A stretch of DNA of 64,000 nucleotides. Source: an uncultured Candidatus Saccharibacteria bacterium (GTDB lineage: Bacteria > Patescibacteriota > Dojkabacteria > J137). The stretch's first letter is position 1. Each line of letters begins with the position of its first letter. The position numbers and the translations under genes are program-made. The stretch covers positions 5,203-69,202 of the forward strand of contig CAYTGI010000005.1 of assembly GCA_964437465.1 (NCBI GenBank), read 5' to 3'. Below, piece by piece: positions 29,159 to 38,900 of the stretch. The notes under the pieces are model-generated. The model was given only the letters and a program-made list of their open reading frames with translations, was not told the origin of the DNA and did not search any database.

Positions 29159-29446
29159 TTATACAGATTTAAGGTACTCTATCGCGTCTTTACTGTTACT
29201 AAATAAAGGAATATCTCCATCTTTAACTTTTTTATAAGCTTCCTCGGAGTTTAAATAGTATTTCATAGCAGCTTCTTCACTAATCTCATTATTAAAACCA
29301 AAGCTTGTTTTCTTATTCTTGTAATTAGCGATAAAAACACGAACTAACTCTTGAAGGGAAGAGAATCCCTCCTCCTGAGCGAGTTTTTCAGCCTCATCTC
29401 TAAGGTTTTTCGGAAGTCGAACTTGAAGATTTACACCTACTGCCAT
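29159..29446 (-). CDS. RHH (CopG-like) antitoxin
   Basis: VNLQVRLPKNLRDEAEKLAQEEGFSSLQELVRVFI. Confidence 0.55.
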   Translation of the reverse strand: MAVGVNLQVRLPKNLRDEAEKLAQEEGFSSLQELVRVFIANYKNKKTSFGFNNEISEEAAMKYYLNSEEAYKKVKDGDIPLFSNSKDAIEYLKSV

Positions 29447-29632
29447 GAATGTAATTTAATATTTATATTACAATTGTAACAGTTTGGTAATAAAAGATAA
29501 AGTATTCATGTATATATGTATACACGTAGACATGTAAACACGTATGCGCGTATGAAAAGATTTTGACTTAAAAATACTAAAGAAACATTATTAGTTGGTG
29601 AGTTGGTACTTAGGTAGGAGAATATGAGTTCT

Positions 29633-29912
29633 TTAATTATTATACACCTGGTTATGAGTACCAACTGCAAGAAAAATGTAACTATCTTTTGTTTCTTTAA
29701 ATATAATTCGTAAGTCAGAATTAATGAAGCCTATGGACTCAAGTCCAAGCATGTTACCATGCAGCTTGTGGCGATAAATTGCTATATGAAAAGGATCATC
29801 TTCAAAAAATTCGTAATAAGTTAAGAAACTCATTTTTAAAAGTTTGATTAAAGCGGATTCTATTCTTATAGTTCTTTCTGAATGTTTTACTAAAGACGAT
29901 CTTTTTAGTCAT
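29633..29912 (-). pseudogene. YafQ/RelE-family toxin interrupted by a frameshift in an A6/T6 run (+ coordinates 29804-29809)
   Basis: N-terminus MTKKIVFSKTFRKNYKNRIRFNQTFKNEFLNLLRIF in one frame and C-terminus EDDPFHIAIYRHKLHGNMLGLESIGFINSDLRIIFKETKDSYIFLAVGTHNQVYNN in another. Reading T5 gives a full 91-aa toxin. The ATG overlaps the antitoxin stop. Confidence 0.5.
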
Positions 29913-30198
29913 AATCCTCACTAGTTAAGTCATTTAGAGCATCTGACATGCTGTTGAATGACGGGGACTTTTTCTTTGGGTTATTCTCTTCTACAAGGCT
30001 CTTTAGGGCCAACTTCAGAGTCTTTTTATTCAAAGAAAATTGTGAGGTCTGTCGAATTAATATATTTCCTTTAGCGTATTGTGTAGCAAGGAATGTGTTT
30101 AGCGAAGCTAATGTAGGAAACCCATCCTCAAGGGCTTTTTCCTTAAGGGTCTTCTCAAGCTCTTCTTCTAATCTATAGGTAATAACTTTTTTACTCAT
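29905..30198 (-). CDS. RHH-like antitoxin (probable start at internal Met, MSKKVITYRLEE...)
   Basis: GFPTLASLNTFLATQY resembles the neighbouring RHH antitoxin; the ORF extends to 30294 from an upstream Met. Confidence 0.45.
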   Translation of the reverse strand: MSKKVITYRLEEELEKTLKEKALEDGFPTLASLNTFLATQYAKGNILIRQTSQFSLNKKTLKLALKSLVEENNPKKKSPSFNSMSDALNDLTSEDYD

Positions 30199-30313
30199 AT
30201 CAACAAAATAATAGCATTTTATAGATATTTTGTCATTAAATGCTCGTTGAAGCCTAAGTATGAAAATACTTAGAAAATGGTTGATATGAAACACGAAAGA
30301 AGCATAATTCTTT

Positions 30314-30369
30314 GGTACGTTGGTACGTTGGTACGTTGGTACGTTGGTACGTTGGTACGTTGGTACATG
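30314..30369. repeat. (GGTACGTT)x6 + GGTACATG octamer tandem repeat
   Basis: Perfect tandem copies between TA modules. Confidence 0.9.
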
Positions 30370-30390
30370 AATACACCTCTACTAGTTAAA

Positions 30391-30789
30391 CTAAATTATT
30401 GCTTTGTCGTAATTCTTAAGAATCTTTTTGTCTGCAGTAGCTAATTTTGAATTACTTAATAACGCTTCTGAAGTAATAATTCGATCAAATGGGTCTCGTG
30501 TCCAAGAAATTGTTTTCACAATTTTGATTAGGTCGCTAAGCTTTGAATCCCTTACTTCAAGTCCAAGTTCAATTTCAAGTGTATGAATTATGTCTTCAGG
30601 TTTGACTGTTATCTTTTTTAAATCAAAAAGATATTGAAGCTCTAATTCTATGAAACTGCTTATGAAGAGTGGGTGTTTGTTTAATTAATTCTTGCACTTT
30701 AGAGAGAATCTGCTTACCTCACCAGCATACAAAAATATTACAGCGTTAGTATCTAGGTAAACTAGTTCAGATTTTCTTTTTCTTTCCAT
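30391..30789 (-). pseudogene. VapC-like PIN-domain toxin with an in-frame TAA (+ coordinates 30685-30687)
   Basis: MERKRKSELVYLDTNAVIFLYAGEVSRFSLKCKN*LNKHPLF...ISWTRDPFDRIITSEALLSNSKLATADKKIL, i.e. the PIN D-T-N and C-terminal acidic motifs. Confidence 0.55.
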
Positions 30790-31016
30790 TCTGAATCTAT
30801 ATCAAAAGTTTTAATCTTGGGGATGTCTTTAAAGCTCGTATTCTGACCTAAAATATTTCTTTTCTTAAGATTATTGAGCTTATCTGTAGGTTTATTCTTG
30901 GAAATTATAACAGTCTCGCCGTTTTTTTCTATTTCTACAGGTATTCCTGTTTCGATAACACTATCTATTACCTTATAAATCTTTTTTCTTAATTCTGTAG
31001 TAGTTAAAGTTTTCAT
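30762..31016 (-). CDS. Phd/YefM-like antitoxin
   Basis: TTELRKKIYKVIDSVIETGIPVEIEKNGETVIIS; the toxin start overlaps its 3' end. Confidence 0.5.
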   Translation of the reverse strand: MKTLTTTELRKKIYKVIDSVIETGIPVEIEKNGETVIISKNKPTDKLNNLKKRNILGQNTSFKDIPKIKTFDIDSEWKEKENLN

Positions 31017-31266
31017 ATTAATAGTTTAGCGTACTCTTTTATTGTTTACAAGCGTACGTTTTTGTGCACAGTAAAATTGCATGTAACTAGTGGCTAGTTT
31101 TGTTCCCAATTTCTGGAGAAAATCTAAAGAAAATTAGTGGAAGTTTTTAAGTTAAGTATCTTGTTGTTTGGTTTGGTGGCGAATTGCCTTTCTATATAAC
31201 AGTTTCCAAGTCTACCCCACCCTTGCCCTCCCCTGCTAGGGGAGGAGAAGGTACTGTTCCCAAAAC

Positions 31267-31296
31267 TTGTCAACTTAGTGTTTGAGGTGATATAAT
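31267..31296 (+). promoter_or_regulatory. Strong sigma70-like promoter (TTGTCA-N18-TATAAT) in a 450-bp non-coding stretch
   Basis: Consensus hexamers. Just upstream lies a GC hairpin, ctcccctgctaggggag. Confidence 0.4.
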
Positions 31297-31847
31297 TACT
31301 ATGTCTTCGAAATGTAATTTATTACTTTCAAGACTTTGAAAATAAAAATACTCTATTAAAAGTCTAAGTACTTTATAGATATATGATTCCTATAAGACTT
31401 TTTGTTTTTTAGGATGAACCCTACTACGCCAAGGCTTCGTAGGGAGATCATTAACAACTGAGATGTAATACTTTAAAAACTATAAATGATTATTCATTTT
31501 AGTTGTTAAAGTTTTGCGAAAAATTTTCTTTTGGAAGGAATAGTTATTTTACCCCTTTTTACGGTAAGTTTTGGGCTTAATGAGTTCAGAATTTACCGTA
31601 AAAATAAAAGGGTAATGTAGCTTCCACCCTTCCCAGGAGAATAAAAAAGGGAAAAAGGAAAGATTAAGCCTATGCTTAATCAAAAATCCGGTATCCGCTA
31701 CAGGATATGCAGTCCGGCTGGGACTATCTTCCAATAGATAAAGGAAGAAAGTCAAAGTACTTGCGCTAGTTTAGGCAAGGAACAAACCAGGCAAGACAGA
31801 GTCATATTCGAATCGAAAGCACATCAAACGAGGTATACAGAAACATC

Positions 31848-33098
31848 ATGATGAAATTTAGCACGATCCTAGTAGTACTGGCACTCCTGATGCTGTCCGC
31901 TGTGAGCGTGAACGCACAGGACGACGAACCTGAATCAACACCCGCGACGGTTACCTTGGATTATTTCAGCGGCGAAAGTATCGCGCAGTCCCCGGACGGC
32001 ACGTTTGAAATCGTGGTTCACGAAGAAGGCACAGCGTTGTGGTCCGATAGCACCAATGGCAGCCTGATCACTGAAGATCTGGCTTTCGACGCGATGGTGA
32101 ACGACGCTGGGCAATTCGCTTTGCTTATTGCACACGATGAAAGCGGTGAGTTGATCACAGGCGATCTTGCCGACGTGGCGTTTGGCACTCTCTCATACGA
32201 AGAAGGTTACTTCACTCGACTCGCAATGTCGTGGAATAGCGCAATTTGTGTTGAGCAGATCGACTTCAACGCCAATCGTATTCAGCTTGAGCATGAAGAC
32301 ACTGCGGAAATCGAATGTGCCTCGCGGTTTTCCGGCGATCTGTGGTCCGATGCTTTCGACATATATGTCGCACAGTACAACGAGTCTCCGGCGACCTACC
32401 AGAGCGTGGACGAAGAATTCGTTCTCACCGAAAGCGTGACCTTCAGGACTGAAGACATGTCATTGGTTGTCAACGGAATGACATTCCAAATCATGCTGGA
32501 CGGTAGCTTCCTGCAACACATCTACGGCGTCGAAAATGGCTCATTAACAATCTGGACAACAGAAGGGGTATATACAGGACAACTCCGCGACTATGTTGAT
32601 GTTACCCAGGCTGTGTTTGAACCGGCTATGGTTTTAAGCGTGGCTGAAAACGGGTGTGCGCTCCGAATCATGGAGGCGACTGGTACTGTTATTTTACTGA
32701 GCCAACAAGGCTATAACTTCGCCGGTTGCGACGAGATTGATGCGCAAGAAGGTTTTGAACTCGCAATGAACGTGCACCCCCCGATGATTGAAACTCCTCC
32801 AACGGTACATTACGACATGTCCAATCAGACGGAAGCCTGCTGGATTCGCATCGGCATCGGCGATTCTTTGGCGATAATCGAAGAAGATCAGAACTATGAT
32901 GAGATTTTCAGCGTCATGGACTTCGAGATTCGCTCTGATCAGAACAATTCATCGTTCAGGTACCCAAGCAACCTTCCAGAAGGGTGGAACGGACTATTCA
33001 ACCAGTACACTACGGCAGGTGGGCCAGAAGACCTCATCAGCTTGAATGGTGCTTTTGAAGACCCTGAGTCAGGCACGCCCTACTGCTCGGCTGATTAA
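31848..33098 (+). CDS. GC-rich secreted acidic protein (likely horizontally acquired)
   Basis: Signal peptide MMKFSTILVVLALLMLSAVSVNAQ. GC content and codon usage are markedly higher than in the rest of the window. Confidence 0.6.
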   Translation: MMKFSTILVVLALLMLSAVSVNAQDDEPESTPATVTLDYFSGESIAQSPDGTFEIVVHEEGTALWSDSTNGSLITEDLAFDAMVNDAGQFALLIAHDESGELITGDLADVAFGTLSYEEGYFTRLAMSWNSAICVEQIDFNANRIQLEHEDTAEIECASRFSGDLWSDAFDIYVAQYNESPATYQSVDEEFVLTESVTFRTEDMSLVVNGMTFQIMLDGSFLQHIYGVENGSLTIWTTEGVYTGQLRDYVDVTQAVFEPAMVLSVAENGCALRIMEATGTVILLSQQGYNFAGCDEIDAQEGFELAMNVHPPMIETPPTVHYDMSNQTEACWIRIGIGDSLAIIEEDQNYDEIFSVMDFEIRSDQNNSSFRYPSNLPEGWNGLFNQYTTAGGPEDLISLNGAFEDPESGTPYCSAD

Positions 33099-33124
33099 AA
33101 GTCTCGCCCCTGGCCATTGACGGA

Positions 33125-33157
33125 CCTAAAGCGCTTACATAGGCTTTAGGTTTTTTC
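33125..33157 (+). terminator. Rho-independent terminator
   Basis: cctaaagc-gcttacatag-gctttagg followed by T6. Confidence 0.6.
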
Positions 33158-33339
33158 GAGAGAAGGGTCGGCTTATACAGCGATTCTTCTTTCCCATTCT
33201 TTAGGAATCCTATTTAGGATATCTAAAGAAAAATCTTTACCCCCTTTCTTTTGAAAAAAAGAAATTAGCTTCGCAGCATCTCAGTTTGTTACACCGTCCG
33301 AGTACTGAAGTACCAAAGTACCTATGTACTTAAGTACCT

Positions 33340-33702
33340 TTATACCTTCGTACTATAAAATGTCTTTAATTTCCTCAGCATATGAATAACCTCCTTCGTT
33401 TTCTTATCTATTTCTTCGTAATTTTCGCTTGTCAAGTATTGTAGATCTTTACTTAATTTTAGAAAATACCCTAGCTCATAAGCTGACGCTAGAGATATAC
33501 TTAAAAATCTTATAAATTCCTTCCTACTATCTCTACTACTCCCCTCTACAATATTTGAGGGAATAGAATAGCTTGCCCTTCGCATTTGACTAACTAATCC
33601 GTACTGTTCTGTTTTAGGAAATGATTTAGTAGAAGTGTAAATATTAATTGTAAGGTTATGTGAATATTCCCACACCTTTAGCTTAGTATAATCGTGCATC
33701 AT
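33340..33702 (-). CDS. Four-helix-bundle protein (23S rRNA IVS / Avd-like family)
   Basis: LKVWEYSHNLTINIY...FPKTEQYGLVSQMRRASYSIPSNIVEGSSR matches the family signature. Confidence 0.65.
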   Translation of the reverse strand: MMHDYTKLKVWEYSHNLTINIYTSTKSFPKTEQYGLVSQMRRASYSIPSNIVEGSSRDSRKEFIRFLSISLASAYELGYFLKLSKDLQYLTSENYEEIDKKTKEVIHMLRKLKTFYSTKV

Positions 33703-33768
33703 GTTTTCGTTAATAGTTAAACATGGGGAATACTCTAGTACCTGAGTACATTAGTACTTGTATACATT

Positions 33769-34104
33769 CTACATCACAAGCATCTCGTTAATGATGGATT
33801 TTATCTGACTAATTATTTTCTTATCGGCCTTGTCTATTTGGCTGAAAATACGCTTTTTATCTACTGTTCTTATTTGATCAAGCATAATCCATCCAGTTCT
33901 ATTTTCTACTTTCACCTTTATTCTTGTTGGGTAATCTTTTGACTTAGAAGTTATAGGAGCGATTATTATAGTTCTGAGATTAAAATTCATCTCATTTGGA
34001 GAAATTACAATACACGGTCTTGTCTTTTTTATCTCTGAGCCTATTGTAGGATCTAAATTTATCCAGTAAATAGTATATTGTTCTATTCGTTGTCCCATGC
34101 CCAC
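33769..34104 (-). CDS. mazF: MazF/PemK-family mRNA interferase toxin
   Basis: YWINLDPTIGSEIKKTRPCIVIS...APITS...LDQIRTVDKKR. Confidence 0.7.
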   Translation of the reverse strand: MGMGQRIEQYTIYWINLDPTIGSEIKKTRPCIVISPNEMNFNLRTIIIAPITSKSKDYPTRIKVKVENRTGWIMLDQIRTVDKKRIFSQIDKADKKIISQIKSIINEMLVM

Positions 34105-34340
34105 TCTTCATTATCCAAATCTATATTATCCTCCAAAACATCTTCATTAGATTCGTGCATTTTCTTAAATGCATTGTTCCATCCAGATCTAGGAGATTTT
34201 TTCAGTGGGGTTAGCGTAATAATACCATTTTCTTTTTTTATTTCTAGCTCTTCTTTTAAGTCTAATTTCATTTCCTCAAGCAAAACAGAAGGGATTCTAA
34301 TTCCCTTTGAATTTCCAATTTTTACTATTTTTGTATTCAT
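34083..34340 (-). CDS. mazE: MazE/AbrB-type antitoxin
   Basis: KIVKIGNSKGIRIPSVLLEEM SpoVT/AbrB fold with an acidic tail; overlaps mazF. Confidence 0.65.
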   Translation of the reverse strand: MNTKIVKIGNSKGIRIPSVLLEEMKLDLKEELEIKKENGIITLTPLKKSPRSGWNNAFKKMHESNEDVLEDNIDLDNEEWAWDNE

Positions 34341-34643
34341 AAGATATTTTAACGTAATTACAATGTGAGTACAAGTAGGTATTTCTGAGTCTGGCGATTT
34401 ACGAGCGAAGCGAAGTAATCTCGCTAGGTTTATCGATAAGCTTAGTGAGGCTGCTTCGTCACTAGGCTCCTCGCAGACCGCCTTGAAGTCATCACACTGA
34501 GCCTGCCTGCAGGTAGGCAGGGCTCTCTAAGGGTGGTATAAAATTATAGGCACGATCATGGTTCGAGAACCTCACCATGACATAATGAGAATTGCAAAAA
34601 AAGACCTATCGGGATATGATTTACTATATTAATAAACATTTTT

Positions 34644-35396
34644 ATGAAATCATTTGGCGGTAAAATTCTAAAGTTTATTTTGATACTTCTATATCCAGTT
34701 ATAGTTGTTCTTTTAATCGCAGTTTCAGTTGTCCTATTCTTAAGAATGCGAGATGTAGATAACGCTTTAGATAAATATAACGAGATTTATTCAACTTACG
34801 ATATTCAAGGAACTCCTAAACAGAACATTTCTAACGCAATGGAAGATGCAAGAGAGATTGTAGGAGAGCTATTTATGGGGCTAGAAGAGAGCTCAAGAGA
34901 GATTGAAAGTTTAAGAAATCAGGTAGAAAGTGAGCAAAAGGATGGATTCGGAGAGATTAGAGGAAGAATTTTAGCTTTTGTTTCTCAAGGAGAGAGTTTA
35001 AATAGATACCAAAGAGTTTGCGCTGAAGTTACTGAAAATGCAAATAAGCAGTACTGTGTTTCTGTTTCAGCAATTGAAGCGAGTTACAACCTAGTTGTTC
35101 CTGAAGGTGAATATTACGTATTCGCCCAGCTTCAAGATGACCCTACAAGTACTGAAAAAGCATACTATACTGAATTTGTAAGATGCTCAAAAGAAGGAAG
35201 TGGGAGATGTGAAGAAAGTCTTTCAGATACAAAGATTTTAGTTACTGTTGATTCGGGAGGTATAGTTCAAGGGATTGATCCAATGGACTGGCCAACGATT
35301 GATGATCTAACAATTCCTACTGATAATGTTGAGGAGCCTGAGGATAGTGTTGAGGAAGAGCAAGCTGAAGAGTCAGCTCCTGAAGAAGGTCAATAA
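34644..35396 (+). CDS. Membrane-anchored protein with an acidic C-terminus (hypothetical)
   Basis: N-terminal TM helix and a Glu-rich tail. Confidence 0.35.
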   Translation: MKSFGGKILKFILILLYPVIVVLLIAVSVVLFLRMRDVDNALDKYNEIYSTYDIQGTPKQNISNAMEDAREIVGELFMGLEESSREIESLRNQVESEQKDGFGEIRGRILAFVSQGESLNRYQRVCAEVTENANKQYCVSVSAIEASYNLVVPEGEYYVFAQLQDDPTSTEKAYYTEFVRCSKEGSGRCEESLSDTKILVTVDSGGIVQGIDPMDWPTIDDLTIPTDNVEEPEDSVEEEQAEESAPEEGQ

Positions 35397-35470
35397 TACC
35401 TTACTACTTAGCTACCTCAGTACATTGGTACTCTATAGTGACAAACTAATAAAAAGTTGTATAATAAATC

Positions 35471-35803
35471 ATGAACAAACATTTAAAGAAAGTTTTACAA
35501 TTTGGTGTGGGAACATTTTACGTTGCGAGAGACAAGGTTAAGGAGGTTGTACATACTCTTAGAGAAGAGGATGTGTTTAACGAGGAAATGGGCAAGCAAG
35601 TTGTTCAAGGTGCTGTAAAATCAACACAAGAAGGAGTACAGAAAGCAGCTGAATCTATAAAGAAAGCAACAAAGTCTAAAGCAAGTGAGATGGATGTAAA
35701 AGCAACAGAAGCAACAGAAGAAGCTAAGGAAAAAGTGGAAGAAGTTAAAGAAGATGTAAAAGAAACTGCGAAAGATATTAAAGAAAAAGCAGAAGAAAAG
35801 TAG
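35471..35803 (+). CDS. Lys/Glu-rich small protein (hypothetical)
   Basis: 110-aa ORF. Confidence 0.3.
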   Translation: MNKHLKKVLQFGVGTFYVARDKVKEVVHTLREEDVFNEEMGKQVVQGAVKSTQEGVQKAAESIKKATKSKASEMDVKATEATEEAKEKVEEVKEDVKETAKDIKEKAEEK

Positions 35804-35824
35804 TCGGAATTTTTATAAAAACCC

Positions 35825-35853
35825 TTTACTATTACCCCGTACTTTGCTAGAAT
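35825..35853 (+). promoter_or_regulatory. Sigma70-like promoter (TTTACT-N17-TAGAAT) upstream of rpoB
   Basis: Hexamers with a 17-nt spacer. Confidence 0.4.
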
Positions 35854-35920
35854 CCCTAAGCATGCAAAACTGGTACCAATGCGAGAAGACATCTCAAAAT
35901 AAATAGAAAATTTTTATGAA

Positions 35921-35943
35921 CGCACCGTAGGTGCGGTTTTTTG
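35921..35943 (+). terminator. Terminator/attenuator hairpin between promoter and rpoB
   Basis: cgcacc-gta-ggtgcg followed by T7. Confidence 0.5.
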
Positions 35944-35974
35944 CTTTAATATACATTTTTTAGTACAAACGTCT

Positions 35975-38900
35975 ATGACTCCAAAAAAACGACTCGTACT
36001 TACAGATAATCCTGTCGATTTAATTGATATTGATCTTCTTGAAGCTCAAAAAAAATTCTTTAGAGAATTCATTGAAAATGGATTCGAAGAACTTTTTGAT
36101 GAGATCAACCCAATCGAAGACTACACTGGCTCAAGCTGGTCTCTGTCTTTTGAGGATGTAAATTGGGAAGATGCAAAGCTTGGCTTTAGAGAAGCTCATA
36201 ATCTAGGTTTATCTCACGACGCGCCTGTATTCGTAACTGTAAAACTGGTAAACAAAAGGACAGGTGAGATGAAGAAACAGAAAATCTTTCTTTGCGATAT
36301 GCCTTTAATGAGTAATAGAGCATCTTTCATGGTTAACGGAAATGAAAGAGTTGTTGTATTCCAAATAATCAGAAGTGAAGGAATTTTATTCTCAGAAGCA
36401 AAAGCTTCTTCACCTGCCAAAAAAATCTTTTCAGTAAAACTAATGCCAAATAGAGGTAAGTGGTATGAGTTTGAGATGAATAAGTATGGAGTCATGAGCG
36501 TTAAGCTTTTAGAAAAAAGACCAAGAATCCTTCTTACTACTCTACTTCGAGCAATGGGATATGGTACTGATGAAGAATTGAAGAAAATTCTAGAATCATC
36601 AGATGTTGGAGAAATTAAATATTTAGAAAATACATTAAGAAAAGATCCAACAAAGAGTACAGAAGAAGCTCTTATTGAAATTTATAGAAAATTAAGACCA
36701 GAAGATTCAATTACTTTAGAAAACGCTCGAGCATTCCTAGACAACATGTTCTTTAATAAAAGAAGATTCTATCTAGGGAAAATTGGTAGATATAAATTAA
36801 ATCAAAAGCTTGGATTCACTGAAGATATTAAAATGGAAGATCATTTACTTAAGAAAAAGGATCTTGTGGAAATTGTAAAGGCTTTGATGGAGCTAAATAA
36901 CGGTACAAGACCGATGGATGATATAGATAGTCTTGGAAATAGAAGAGTAAGGGGAATTAACGAAATAGTAAGTGAGAAAATCAGAGTTGGAATGTTAATT
37001 ATGGAAAAGAATATTCGAGATAGAATGAGTACTTATTCTACTGATGAGAAAGTTACTCCTGCAATGCTTGTAAATACAAAACCAGTAATTGCAGCAATAA
37101 ATCAATTCTTCGGAAGCTCTGCATTAATGAGATACATGGATCAAGAGAATATTTTATCTGAGCTTGAAGTAAAGCGAAAAGTAACAGCTGGAGGACCTAG
37201 AGGTCTAACAAAAGAAAGAGCAACTTTCTCAGTTAGAGATGTGCACGATTCTCATTATGGAAGACTTTGTCCTGTAACAACTCCAGAAGGACCTTCTGTT
37301 GGTATGGTTAATCAGTTAGCTGTTTATTCTAAAATAAATGACTTTGGATTCCTTGAAGCTCCATATTATAAAGTTGTTAAGGAATTCAGTGTAAAAGAAG
37401 ATAAAGTTTCTGACTTTAAAGGAAGATATATTAGAGAAGATATTAAGGACGGAAGTAAAGTGCTAGCTAAAAAGGGAGATGAGATTAGCACAAAAGTTGT
37501 TGAAGCAGCTAAGAAAGCTGATCTAGATGTTATTCACCTTGTACCATTTATTTCAGATAAGATTGAGTACATGGACTCTGAAACTGAAGCTACATTCAAA
37601 ATTGCACCTTACAATGTAGAAAGAGATGAAAATAATAATATTCTTTCAGAGTCTACATATATTAGGTACAACAAAGATTACACAACTGCAAGTCCAATTG
37701 ATATAGATTACATTGATATCTCTCCATCACAGATCTCTGGACTTGGATTAGCATTAATTCCATTCGCTGGAAATGATGACCCAAACAGAACTTTCTATGG
37801 AGCTAAAACACAAAACCAGGCTGTTCCTTTGATTAAGAATCAATCCCCAATTGTTGGAACAGGATTCGAAAAGGCTGCAGCAAAAGCAAGTGGAAGAACT
37901 GTTATTGCTGAAGAAGATGGAATTGTATTGGAGGCTGATAGTGCTCATGTAGTTGTTGAATATGGAAGCGGAAAAGGAAAAAGAAAACAAGAATACGATG
38001 TAGAAAAATTCATTAGAACTAACCAAAACACATGTTTTACTCAAACTACTCTAGTCTTACCTGGAGAAAAGTTTAAGAAAGGAGATATCCTAATCGACGG
38101 ACCTTGTACAGACCAAGGAGAGCTAGCTCTTGGAGTTAATCTTCGAGCTTGTTACATGGTTTGGGATGGATATAACTATGAGGATGGAATTGTAATTTCA
38201 GAAAGACTTGTAAAAGAAGATGCATTAACTTCTATTCACATTCATGAATACACTCAAGAAGTTAGAGAAACAAAATTAGGAAACGAATTAATAACTAAAG
38301 ATATTCCAGGAGTTGGAGAAAGAGCTTTAAGAAACTTAGACGAAGAAGGAGTTGTAAGAATTGGGGCAAACGTAGAATCAAATGATATCTTAGTAGGAAT
38401 TATTGCTCCAAAAGGAGAAACAGAGCTAACTGCTGAAGAGAAACTATTGAGAGCGATCTTTGGAGAATACGCTAGAGACGTAAGAGATAACTCACTTAGA
38501 ATGCCATATGGTGAAGAGGGTGTTGTTGTTGGAGTACAAGTTCTTGAAAGAGCAAAAGGAGCTAAACTAAATCCTGGAGTTCTAAAACAGGTAAAAGTAT
38601 GGGTAGCTAGAACACATAAAATCTCAGTTGGAGATAAGCTAACTGGATATCACGGAGAAAAAGGACTTATTGCAAAAATAGTTCCTGAAGAAGACATGCC
38701 ATACACTGCAGATGGAAGACCAGTAGATCTAGTTCTAGGACCTGCATCTATGATTAGACGTATGAATTTAGGACAGTTAATTGAGACTCATATTGGAGCA
38801 TTAGCTGATCAGTTAGGAATTAAAGTAGAAGCACAACCGTTCTCAAGCTACTCTCTTGATCCTCTACTTGAGGAAGCAAAGAAGGCAGGGCTTAAGTATG

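Noticed and set aside
28858-30369. CRISPR array considered for the octamer tandem repeats
   Set aside because: The units are 8 nt with no spacers and no cas genes; these are microsatellite-like tandem repeats.
31549-31755. 68-aa minus-strand ORF
   Set aside because: It lies in the structured 5' leader of the GC-rich gene, is Phe/Leu-rich and has no start context, so it is probably non-coding.
34540-34600. tRNA suspected from a GGTTCGAGAACC T-loop-like motif
   Set aside because: No acceptor/D/anticodon cloverleaf could be folded on either strand. The motif appears to be a simple inverted repeat.
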